NCBI GenBank assembly: GCA_964601615.1
Contig: CAZRNZ010000001.1
Span: forward strand, 251,968-310,289
Direction: 5' to 3'
DNA: 58,322 nucleotides
From: an uncultured Candidatus Saccharibacteria bacterium
GTDB lineage: Bacteria > Patescibacteriota > Minisyncoccia > Phycocordibacterales > UBA918
The position numbers were made by a program, and so were the translations under genes. This document shows, piece after piece, positions 27,174 to 35,900 of the stretch. Under the pieces are notes generated by a model, which was not told the DNA's origin, did not search any database, and worked only from the letters and a program-made list of their open reading frames with translations. Numbering within the stretch: position 1 is the stretch's first letter; each line of letters begins with the position of its first letter.

Positions 27174-28730
27174 TTAACCTCGCATCTCTTCAAGTAAGGT
27201 ATCGACATCTTTGTGACGTATTACAATCTTATGGTTTTTAAACATCCAGAAAAAGGTTGGCTCAAATTCTTGGATAAACTCATAGTCATGAGTTACCAAC
27301 AAAATAGAACTTTTAGTTTCCCGACAAGCTTCGAGAAGAATTTCCCAAGTCACCTCATCGATATGGTTGGTTGGTTCATCCAAAATAATTACATCTGGTT
27401 TTTTACCAAAAGCAATCGCAAATCTTATTCTCATTCTTTCTCCTCCAGAAAGTTGTCCAGAAGGAATTTTCATTCTAAGTGAATCAAATTTCATTGCACC
27501 CAAAGCCGCTTGCGCTTGTGATTCACCACAACGCAGTTCATTCATCACAATATCTACTGGAGTTGTTTCCAGAGAAAAAGAGGCATGTTGATCAAAGTAA
27601 GACCAACTAATATCATTTGCCCAAGAAGATTCACCGGCCTTAAGCTCAAGTCCACCAGTAAGACACTTTAAGAAAGTAGATTTACCAGCACCATTTCTTC
27701 CAAGTAAAACAAGTTTATTACCAGACCTAATCTCTAAGTCTGTTTTTTCAAAGATATTTCCTTTAGAGTCATCGTAAGCATAAGCCCCATCTTCCATTCT
27801 CCACAATAACTTTCCACCATGCAAAGACTGGTCTTTGGTAGAAATTCTTATCTTTGTTTGAGTATCGTCTGGACGACCCGATTCACGATGTTTTGCCTTA
27901 AGACCTTCAAGCTCTGCTTTGGTCTTTTTATAAGCAGCAATATCTTTTCCACGAATTGCCTTCTGCTGCAGAATCACGACAGACTTACTTAATTGGCGAA
28001 TACGTTTAGTCTCGGCATCATAATCACGTTGACGCCCACCAAGATTTTTCATCTTCATCTCAATATAATCATCGTAAGCACCTTCACTTACTGTAATCAA
28101 ACCTTTAGCCAATTCAGCAATCTTAGTCGCCGTCGCATCAATTACTAGTCTATCGTGAGAAATAAAAATAATTCCGCCACGGAAATTTGCCATTATTTCT
28201 ACCAATTCTTTTCGACTTACAATATCAAGGTGGTTTTCTGGCTCATCAAGAAGAATAAAATCAGGTGAACAAGCGAAAGCTACACTTAGCGCCAATATTT
28301 TTTGCTGACCACCAGAAAGACTGCCGCAAAGTTTTTCTTTGTTTTTTTCTAAATCAAAACCAAGTTGTTTTCCATTGGCAAATGCTTTTTTATAAAGTGA
28401 TTCACTAGCATTTAACTTTATATAGTTTTCGATAGTTTCATCTTTGTATTGATGACCAAATTCTTGCGGCACATAAATAAATCTAATATGACCCTGCTTA
28501 TCGATAGAACCACCATCAGGTTCGACTTCTCCACAAATAATTTTAAGTAGAGTAGATTTTCCAGCGCCGTTTTCACCAAAAATACAAAGTCGCTCATTTT
28601 GCGTACAACGAAAAGAAACGCCTTGTAAAATAGGCTTTCCATCAACTGTATATTCAAGATTTCTGGCTGAGATTGTTTTTAACACAAACAGGACTTTAAC
28701 ACAGGAATGATGAGTAACATAATAGAACAT
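27174..28730 (-). CDS. ABC-F family ATPase (two ABC domains, no TM domain)
   Basis: It has two Walker A motifs (GENGAGKST, GRNGAGKST), two LSGG signatures and an inter-domain linker. The annotated N-terminus is doubtful, and a non-ATG start near LKTISARNL is possible. Confidence 0.88.
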   Translation of the reverse strand: MFYYVTHHSCVKVLFVLKTISARNLEYTVDGKPILQGVSFRCTQNERLCIFGENGAGKSTLLKIICGEVEPDGGSIDKQGHIRFIYVPQEFGHQYKDETIENYIKLNASESLYKKAFANGKQLGFDLEKNKEKLCGSLSGGQQKILALSVAFACSPDFILLDEPENHLDIVSRKELVEIMANFRGGIIFISHDRLVIDATATKIAELAKGLITVSEGAYDDYIEMKMKNLGGRQRDYDAETKRIRQLSKSVVILQQKAIRGKDIAAYKKTKAELEGLKAKHRESGRPDDTQTKIRISTKDQSLHGGKLLWRMEDGAYAYDDSKGNIFEKTDLEIRSGNKLVLLGRNGAGKSTFLKCLTGGLELKAGESSWANDISWSYFDQHASFSLETTPVDIVMNELRCGESQAQAALGAMKFDSLRMKIPSGQLSGGERMRIRFAIAFGKKPDVIILDEPTNHIDEVTWEILLEACRETKSSILLVTHDYEFIQEFEPTFFWMFKNHKIVIRHKDVDTLLEEMRG

Positions 28731-28760
28731 AAAAGGTACGAACTTCGTCCGTACCTTTTA
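28731..28760 (-). terminator. Intrinsic terminator between the conserved hypothetical gene and the ABC-F gene
   Basis: The stem ggtacgaa/tccgtacc has one mismatch around loop cttcg. A T-run follows on the minus strand (cgtaccttttatg). Confidence 0.6.
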
Positions 28761-28778
28761 CTACCTCAACTCAACTAT

Positions 28779-29291
28779 TTATATTTTTCTGCTGTCACAA
28801 GCCCAATGAAGCAGGGCTTGCCTTTGTACTGGACGACAAAATAAATCCCCTGGCCTACAATTGTATCTCACCTGCGCAATATGCCGACCAATTGCGTTCC
28901 AACGTTTAATCTGTCTGTCGTCGTCTTTACTCCTCCTACCCATATAATACCGACAATACCATTGAAACCATCCGCGTGGATCGTCTTTATGTATCCAGCC
29001 TTTACTTCGCCACACACCCAAAGATTGACTAGCCTTCACCCCAAAAAGATTTAGCTTTGGATCTTGTTTATATACTCCTTCTTTCTGAAGCCGAGCTTTA
29101 GAAAACCAATCTGCTGGAAATTCATTTATACAGTCCCGCATATAAATTCCACCAAAAACACCCAAAGCCAACATTTGTTTGGGTGTTAGGTTAGGCTTAA
29201 AATTTTCATGAAAATTTTCACCCATTGGCTCAGTTAGCTTGTAACTAAACCCTTTTTGCATACGATCATTTACTAGAACAACCTTACTCAT
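28779..29291 (-). CDS. Conserved hypothetical protein (Trp/Arg-rich C-terminal motif PRGWFQWYCRYYMGRR..DD.RQIKRW)
   Basis: The ORF is long with coding-like composition. I chose the start at MSKVVLV (29291). I cannot assign a family from memory. Confidence 0.55.
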   Translation of the reverse strand: MSKVVLVNDRMQKGFSYKLTEPMGENFHENFKPNLTPKQMLALGVFGGIYMRDCINEFPADWFSKARLQKEGVYKQDPKLNLFGVKASQSLGVWRSKGWIHKDDPRGWFQWYCRYYMGRRSKDDDRQIKRWNAIGRHIAQVRYNCRPGDLFCRPVQRQALLHWACDSRKI

Positions 29292-29350
29292 TATCCTTAG
29301 GAGGATAACATCATAAAATGAGTAATGGAAATATGAGTTAAAATTCTCAA

Positions 29351-31807
29351 CTACCACCACAACCCAGTTAATCCCACACTTTTCATAAATGCGCGAGTCA
29401 AACTTCCAAAGTAACCAGCTGCTGGCACAATGTTATTTGCAGACTGATAGGAAGATAATGCCGATTGGGTTTGAGCTAAGAACAACCCAGTTACCCCCGC
29501 AGGAATACTATGACCCTGATTAATTAGGATGTTTTGCAAAGCTTTCACATCCTCTCCCTCCATACCATACTCAAGATCGCGAACTGATAAATTAGAATTA
29601 TCAGAATCCAGGAATCTTCTAAGCTCAGGAGAAATCTCCCCACCCTTGGCAACTATTTCAGCAACCATAGCGCGAATCCTTTCTGTAAGTTGCATAATAA
29701 GACTTAAAGTTTCTGCTTGATTGGAACTATCGGTTGAATTACCTCCACCACGAGAGCCAGATCTTCCACCAGAAGATGATCCTCCACCGCCACTATTATT
29801 TTCTTCCTCACCAAGTACACCCCAACGAAGATACGGCAGGCCGTCGTTTATACCCTCATCAAATCCCCACACATTCACAAAGTCCCACGAATCCTCGCCA
29901 TCGAGATACACCGGTGCAAGTGAGCCATTGTATCCATTCTTCTTAAGCTGATTCACACTCGTGAAGTCATGCCCAAAATTACAATCACCTTCGCCTGCCA
30001 AGAGTGCTTTTGGCGCATCAAGGTCACATGCAACACCCTCATCCCCCACGTATCCAACCGCATTTACTTCAGGAACCATCACCCACCCGCTATTACGAAT
30101 CTCTCCGCCATAGTTATACTCTCCCACAAGACCACCAGCAATTTCCTCTAAGGATATACTCTGTGAAGCTGCAAATGAACTGCGTATTACCGTATTTTCA
30201 TGTCCGAAGAATCCAGTCAAACCACCCGCACCGCTTCCATCTCCTTGCACAGCACTGGTTGTATAGGAACGAATAACGGAACCTCCCTCAATAGCACCTA
30301 CCAATCCACCACTGAGACTAAATAAATTTCCGTACGCATGTACTTCGCCCGTTGCATACGAATCCATAATATATCCGCCATCATCCGCATAGAGCATGCC
30401 CACCAAACCACCTATACCACTTTGTGCAGTGATATCTCCTGTTGCATATGACTCAGAAATAGTTGCACTTCCATTCATTGAACCAACCAATCCACCAAAG
30501 TAGTAGGTATCTGAGCCAGTCGCGGTCACCTCAACACTTGAACTTGATCGGTATATGTGTGCACTACTTAGGAAACCAACCATACCGCCATATCTTTGAC
30601 ATGAAGAGTACGTGCGTTCACAAGAAAGCGTACCTGATGTATGTACGTTTTCAATACGAGCATTCGCACGTACCTGTCTAGCAAGTACACCAAATTCATT
30701 TTCGTCTTGCCGTACAACATCAGCATCCACGAAAAGATTCTGCACTGTACCGCCATGAATGACTTCAAACAACGGATTATCACTACCGATAATACTATGA
30801 CCCTGACCATCAAATACACCCTCAAAGTATCCAAGATATTCTTCTGCCTCTTCAAGTGAGATATCATTTGCCAGTGCAAAGTAGAGACCTTCATTACCGT
30901 CATAGTCATATTCTAATCTATTGATGTTGAATAGTTGCTCCTGTGTTGCAATCTCAAACGGATCTTCTTCGGTACCACTTCCTGCTGCAAACAATTCTTC
31001 TATTGCAGGCGGATTTGGTTCAAGCCAAAAGTTATTTTCAATTGGCCCTTCAAAGGAAGCTGCCATATCTCCAGATTGCACATCATACTCAATGTACGCA
31101 TACTGACCATACCCCTCCGCATTTGCCTCTATACGCACATTGAACTGCGAATCGTAGTAACAACCAAGTGAGTTAAGCTGCGACACAATCTCTGAAGTTG
31201 AGGCTTCGTAGTAGCCTTCGTCAATGGTAGTTGCAAGAACTCTTGTTGAGTCCTGTGTATCACACGAGATGGTGAGTGTGGCACCAATAATTGGATCACC
31301 TGTATCACTATCTTCCACAACTCCATACCAACCATCTGCAGGAATGTTTGACTCCTCAAGAACAAAGACTCTATGTACCGCAGGAGAAAGTACACGTGTT
31401 GCCCACTGACTGAACGTTTCCTCGCTATTGACAAGTGCAACAGTTGCAACAAGTTGCGGTGCTGCATCTAGATACCCATCTGCAGTGGCTCGAATATAGA
31501 GAGGAAGACCGTCCTGACACCCAGAGAGTGTCATTGGGTCCTGACCGAGCGTAATTCCCTCTTCATCAAATTCCCCAATTATGTCCGTCCACCCTATGGT
31601 CTGCCAATTAAATCCTTCGTTGTCACACGACACTTGTACACGAGCATTTTGAATACTGCTTTCGAACTCATTAATCACCATTCCGTACACACCATTTGCA
31701 GGCAGTGCTGCTTCAATCAATTTTGGTTTCAAAAAAGGTATTGGACCAAATACTAAAACAAAAATTAGTGCTAAAGATAAGGAAGTTAAAATAAAACTTT
31801 TAGACAT
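29351..31807 (-). CDS. Large secreted surface protein: carboxypeptidase-regulatory-like modules, a GLUG-repeat region, a Gly/Ser/Arg linker and a C-terminal peptidoglycan-binding domain
   Basis: The signal/anchor is MSKSFILTSLSLALIFVLVF, with the start chosen at 31807. There are repeated GGLVG (GLUG) motifs, a GGGGSSSGGRSGSRGGG linker, and a C-terminus GEDVKALQNILINQGH.....TGLF...TQSALSSYQ that is PG_binding_1-like. Confidence 0.8.
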   Translation of the reverse strand: MSKSFILTSLSLALIFVLVFGPIPFLKPKLIEAALPANGVYGMVINEFESSIQNARVQVSCDNEGFNWQTIGWTDIIGEFDEEGITLGQDPMTLSGCQDGLPLYIRATADGYLDAAPQLVATVALVNSEETFSQWATRVLSPAVHRVFVLEESNIPADGWYGVVEDSDTGDPIIGATLTISCDTQDSTRVLATTIDEGYYEASTSEIVSQLNSLGCYYDSQFNVRIEANAEGYGQYAYIEYDVQSGDMAASFEGPIENNFWLEPNPPAIEELFAAGSGTEEDPFEIATQEQLFNINRLEYDYDGNEGLYFALANDISLEEAEEYLGYFEGVFDGQGHSIIGSDNPLFEVIHGGTVQNLFVDADVVRQDENEFGVLARQVRANARIENVHTSGTLSCERTYSSCQRYGGMVGFLSSAHIYRSSSSVEVTATGSDTYYFGGLVGSMNGSATISESYATGDITAQSGIGGLVGMLYADDGGYIMDSYATGEVHAYGNLFSLSGGLVGAIEGGSVIRSYTTSAVQGDGSGAGGLTGFFGHENTVIRSSFAASQSISLEEIAGGLVGEYNYGGEIRNSGWVMVPEVNAVGYVGDEGVACDLDAPKALLAGEGDCNFGHDFTSVNQLKKNGYNGSLAPVYLDGEDSWDFVNVWGFDEGINDGLPYLRWGVLGEEENNSGGGGSSSGGRSGSRGGGNSTDSSNQAETLSLIMQLTERIRAMVAEIVAKGGEISPELRRFLDSDNSNLSVRDLEYGMEGEDVKALQNILINQGHSIPAGVTGLFLAQTQSALSSYQSANNIVPAAGYFGSLTRAFMKSVGLTGLWW

Positions 31808-31909
31808 AATAATCCTGCCGATAAATGATGATGTTTTCATGATGAATAAATAGTAAGTAATGTTACTTTTCCCACCAACTAAAAATGTAATGATGGCGTT
31901 TTTAAAAAA

Positions 31910-31947
31910 GTAATAAATATTACAAAAAATGCCATTTCTGATACACT
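31910..31947 (+). promoter_or_regulatory. crp-like gene 1 promoter (ATTACA-N17-TACACT) overlapping the 14-bp palindrome GTAATAAATATTAC
   Basis: The palindrome is at 31910-31923, the -35 at 31919-31924 and the -10 at 31942-31947. The ATG at 31957 implies a leader of about 3 nt. About 30 nt here are conserved with the region upstream of 42123. Confidence 0.5.
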
Positions 31948-31956
31948 TATCCACAT

Positions 31957-32619
31957 ATGTCAGAGTTTTTTAAATATTCAAAGAACTTAGAGTACTTGTT
32001 TGCTGAACATGGAGAAGTAATTAACTACGAAGAAAACCAGCACCTGGTCTGGAATAAAGATAAATGTCCTTGGGTGTTTTTCTTAAAGGAAGGTTTAGTG
32101 AAAGTTACCTTTAACTTTTCTGAAAAAGATACTCGTCTTATCGGATACTTTGTTCCTGGACACATCTTTGCTCAAAGTGGTTCTTTTATTGGTGAATATG
32201 ATGGACGTCTTTCTTATACTGCTAAAACAAAAACTAAAGTTTATCGAATGAAGCATTCGATATTTATAAAATTAACTAAAAAATATCCAGAGGTGATGAA
32301 CGAGTATTTAGATATGACACTTCGTAATCAGTTATTACTGATTGACAGAGTTGTTTACCAAGGAGAAAAAGGTTTATATCTCAAGTGTGTTCGTTGGCTC
32401 TTATTTATGGCGAAATATTATGGCAAGACTACCAAAGACCATGTAGAGATAATTGTTCCAATGACACAAGAAACCGCAGCTAATTTCCTTCATACCACAC
32501 GAGAAAGCCTAAACGTAATGCTTCGCAAATTAGAGAAGGAAGAAATCATCAGTACTAAACACAAAAAGATAGAGATATTAAAACTCTCAAAACTAAAGAA
32601 GATTGTCAAAAGCGACTAA
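31957..32619 (+). CDS. Crp/FNR-family transcriptional regulator, paralog 1 (220 aa)
   Basis: It has a cNMP-binding-like beta-barrel (FFLKEGLVKV......IGYFVPGHIFAQ) and a C-terminal HTH (MTQETAANFLHTTRESLNVMLRKLEKEEIIS). It is the same length as the 42123..42785 product and clearly alignable with it. Confidence 0.8.
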   Translation: MSEFFKYSKNLEYLFAEHGEVINYEENQHLVWNKDKCPWVFFLKEGLVKVTFNFSEKDTRLIGYFVPGHIFAQSGSFIGEYDGRLSYTAKTKTKVYRMKHSIFIKLTKKYPEVMNEYLDMTLRNQLLLIDRVVYQGEKGLYLKCVRWLLFMAKYYGKTTKDHVEIIVPMTQETAANFLHTTRESLNVMLRKLEKEEIISTKHKKIEILKLSKLKKIVKSD

Positions 32620-32621
32620 AA

Positions 32622-32660
32622 CTAAAAAGCCGGATGCTTAGCATCGGGCTTTTTAGTTTT
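32622..32660. terminator. Bidirectional intrinsic terminator between crp-like gene 1 (+) and the 1904-aa gene (-)
   Basis: The sequence is aaaaa-gccggatgc-tta-gcatcgggc-tttttagttttt, with one mismatch in the stem. Confidence 0.8.
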
Positions 32661-32674
32661 TACACTCTTAACTT

Positions 32675-32959
32675 TTAATTTGCCATCAAACTATGTGCCT
32701 TTGTTCTTGAATAAACTGAGAAAATTCCCGTTCCTAAGGTCAGATTTAGCGGAGTCAAAATATCTGCCGCATATGCTTCTTGGAAACGAATCACAGCAGC
32801 TCTAGTTCTATCCACAAAGTACTGAGTTTCTTCTCCTGATGCACCAGGTCCTGAAGTACCAAGTGAGAACCCAGCACAGTTAAGGAATCTTTGTAGCGCA
32901 CGCACATCTTCACCCTCAGAACCAAAACGTAGCTCACGAGTAAAGGTGTATGCTGGACA
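32675..32959 (-). repeat. Dispersed repeat copy A: shared C-terminal peptidoglycan-binding tail module
   Basis: Its 94 codons are about 80% identical (76/94 by hand count) to 38564..38848, including a 35-nt identical DNA run (32877-32911 = 38766-38800). Confidence 0.85.
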
Positions 32960-35900
32960 TAATCCTAATTGAACATTAGACAAAACAACTGTGAAATTTG
33001 TATTTTCAGGTAAATTCAGCACATCCAAGATAAATTTTGGTAGAGAAATATTAGAATTATGGGCCAAACTAAATATATTTCTATTTTGTCTAATAAATTC
33101 AATGACTGACAATTCATTAGTATTTGACAGACGAACTTCTGGACTCACGGCACTGGAAGACGGACGACTTCCAGACGATCCGCCAGATAAACCACTACTT
33201 TGTACAACAATTCCTCCAGACACAACAGTTGCTGTTGATTGATTTCCCGCAACATCAGTTTGTGTCACCGTTATAGTTGCACCATTTGTTGGACGAGGTG
33301 AAAGCGTACAGCTATAAGTGCCATCATTCTGAACAACTGTTGTACACACAGAACCGTTTGAAGTTCGTACCTCAACAGTGGCTCCTGGTTCACCTGTACC
33401 CGTTACAGGATTACCATTTGTTGGCGTAGTCACTGTCGGTGCTGTCGGTGCTGTAGTATCAAGTACTATATCTAATTCTGTTTCGACTGACTCATTTCCA
33501 CTTGGATCAGTTTGAGTAATAACCAATGTCTGATTTCCGTCTGTTGCATTTTCATCCCACACTACCGGTGTAGAGTAGGTGCCGTTTCCACCACATACTG
33601 TAGTGGTTGGGTTTGGCACAATATTTGGATTGCTGATACTGATTGTTGCTCCTGGTTCACAAGTTCCAGAAACAGTAGTTGGATTTGAAACTTCAGCACC
33701 TTCTGCTGGACCTCCGACAACTGGAGCAACTGGTGCCACTGTGTCGATAAGTATATTTACCTGTGTCGCAGGAGAAGTGTTTCCATCAGGGTCGGTTTGA
33801 GTAACTTCCACCTCTTTCATTCCATCTTCCACGTCATCAACCCAATCAATATCAAATTCATATGTACCGTCAGCACACGTAAATGTGAGCGGACTTCCTT
33901 CAATATCAGCATGGGTAAGAGTAACTGTTGCACCAACTTCACAAGTACCGCTTACAGTCTCTGTTGTTGAACTTCCAACCGAAGGAGCATCTGGTGCTGT
34001 GGTATCAAGTATCACTGTTTCTGTCGAAGCTGCTGAAATATTTCCTGCTGCATCTTCTTGTGTAATAGAGAGTGTTTTATCTCCGTCCGCACCAGTCCAG
34101 GTGAGCGAAATAGAATATTCTCCATCGTTATCACACGTTGCTATTGTTGGATTTGGTGAGAGGTCACTGTGTGCAACATAGATTGTTGATCCGGCTTCAC
34201 ACGTACCACTCACCATCTGTGCATTTGCACTTTGAATGACTGGTGCAACTGGTGCTGTAGTGTCGAGTGTGAGTAATAGTGTTGTTGTAGTTGAATGATT
34301 GCCTGCTCCGTCAATCTGAACAATAGAAAGATTCTTGTTTCCGTCCGCACCAGTCCAGGTCACAGACGCTGTGTATGTACCATCGTTACCACAAATTACT
34401 TCTGTTGGATTTGTTGCGAGATCTGCATGAGCAATACGCACTGTTGCACCAACTTCACAGGTTCCACTTATAGTTGTTGGGCTCTGCACTGCTGCTGCAC
34501 TTGTAGGAGAACTCACTTCAGGAGCATCAGGAGCACTGGCATCAAGATCTACTTGTAATGTAGTTGAGTATGACTCATTTCCTGCTGCGTCTATTTGAGC
34601 AACATACAATGTTTGACTTCCATCTTCCGTACTACCAGACCAAGTAACTTCCACACTATAATTACCATCATTATCACAACTACCAGTTGTTGGATCAGGA
34701 TCAATTCCAGTACCAGTAATACTTATTGTCGCACCTGCCTCACAAGTTCCACTTATAGTTGTTGGACTTGATACCAAAGCAGATCCCGATGGTGATTCTA
34801 TCGTTGGAACATTTGGTGCAACAGTATCAAGAGTAATATTAAGTGTGGTTGCTGGTGATTCGTTTCCAGCAATGTTTGTTTGTGTAATAGAAAGAGTTTT
34901 TTCTCCATCAGTATCAGCGTTCCAACTTACAGGAACTTCATACTCACTACTCCCATTACATATTGTGGTTGTAGGATTTGTTACCAAATCTGGATGAGTT
35001 ATCTTAACAATAGCATTAGGTTCGCAGGTTCCACTAATAGTAGTAGGATTTGTTACGTCAGCATCTGCCGTAGGAGCAGTAATCATAGGTGCATCTGGAA
35101 TAGTAGTATTCACAATAACATCAATCGTAGTTGGAGCAGACTCATTTCCTACTGCATCAATTTGTGTAATTGTGAGTGTTTGATTTCCATCCGAATCATC
35201 CTCCCAAGTAACTGGGGTCGTATATTCCCCATTCTCGTCACATACTACCGTGGTTGGGTTTGGATCAAGATTTGAATTACTAATAGAAACTGTTGCGCCT
35301 ACCTCACAAGTTCCAGAAACTATAGTTGGGTTTGGAACTTCAGAACCTTCGATTGGACCAGTAACATCTGGTGCAGCAGGATTATCAACATCGAGTGTTA
35401 CCGTAACATTTGTCGGCTCTGAAACATTTCCTGCTGCGTCTTCTTGTGTTACCACAACCGTCTTACTGCCACTTTCTGCACTTTCTGACCAAAGGACATC
35501 TATGCTATAGGTGCCGTTCCCGCTTCCATCATCTACACAAGTAACTTCTGCTGGACTTCCATCAATGTCTGCGTGAGCAATACGCACTGTTGCGCCAATT
35601 TCACACGTACCAGAGAAAGTAGTTGGATTCCCTACTGTCGCACCTGATGTCGGAGCAGACACTACCGGCTCATCTGGCGGTATATCATCAACTTCATTAA
35701 TAGTAATAGTGAAATTCTTTTCAAACTCATTCCCCGCACCATCTTCTACCTTGATACAAATGTCATAGCTATTCTTCATATCGTAGTCGATTGCAGTATT
35801 TACATTGAGATTAGTTCCACTAATTGCAAAACTACTATCATCTGCGCCAGGCACAGCACATCCGAGGGTGAATGTATGCGAGTCACCATAGTCAGGATCA

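Noticed and set aside
31808-31954. N-terminal extension of the GLUG-protein ORF to the ATG at 31954 (867 aa).
   Set aside because: The extra 49 codons (MDKCIRNGIFCNIYYFFKN...) are AT-rich nonsense-like sequence and would abut the divergent crp-like gene with a 2-nt spacer. MSKSF at 31807 gives a proper signal peptide and parallels the MSKEF start of the paralogous giant gene.
33225-35680. Regular tandem repeats that could superficially suggest a CRISPR or satellite array.
   Set aside because: The repeat units are 210-290 bp, in frame, diverged, and translate into a conserved protein module. There are no short identical direct repeats separated by unique spacers, and no cas genes in the window.
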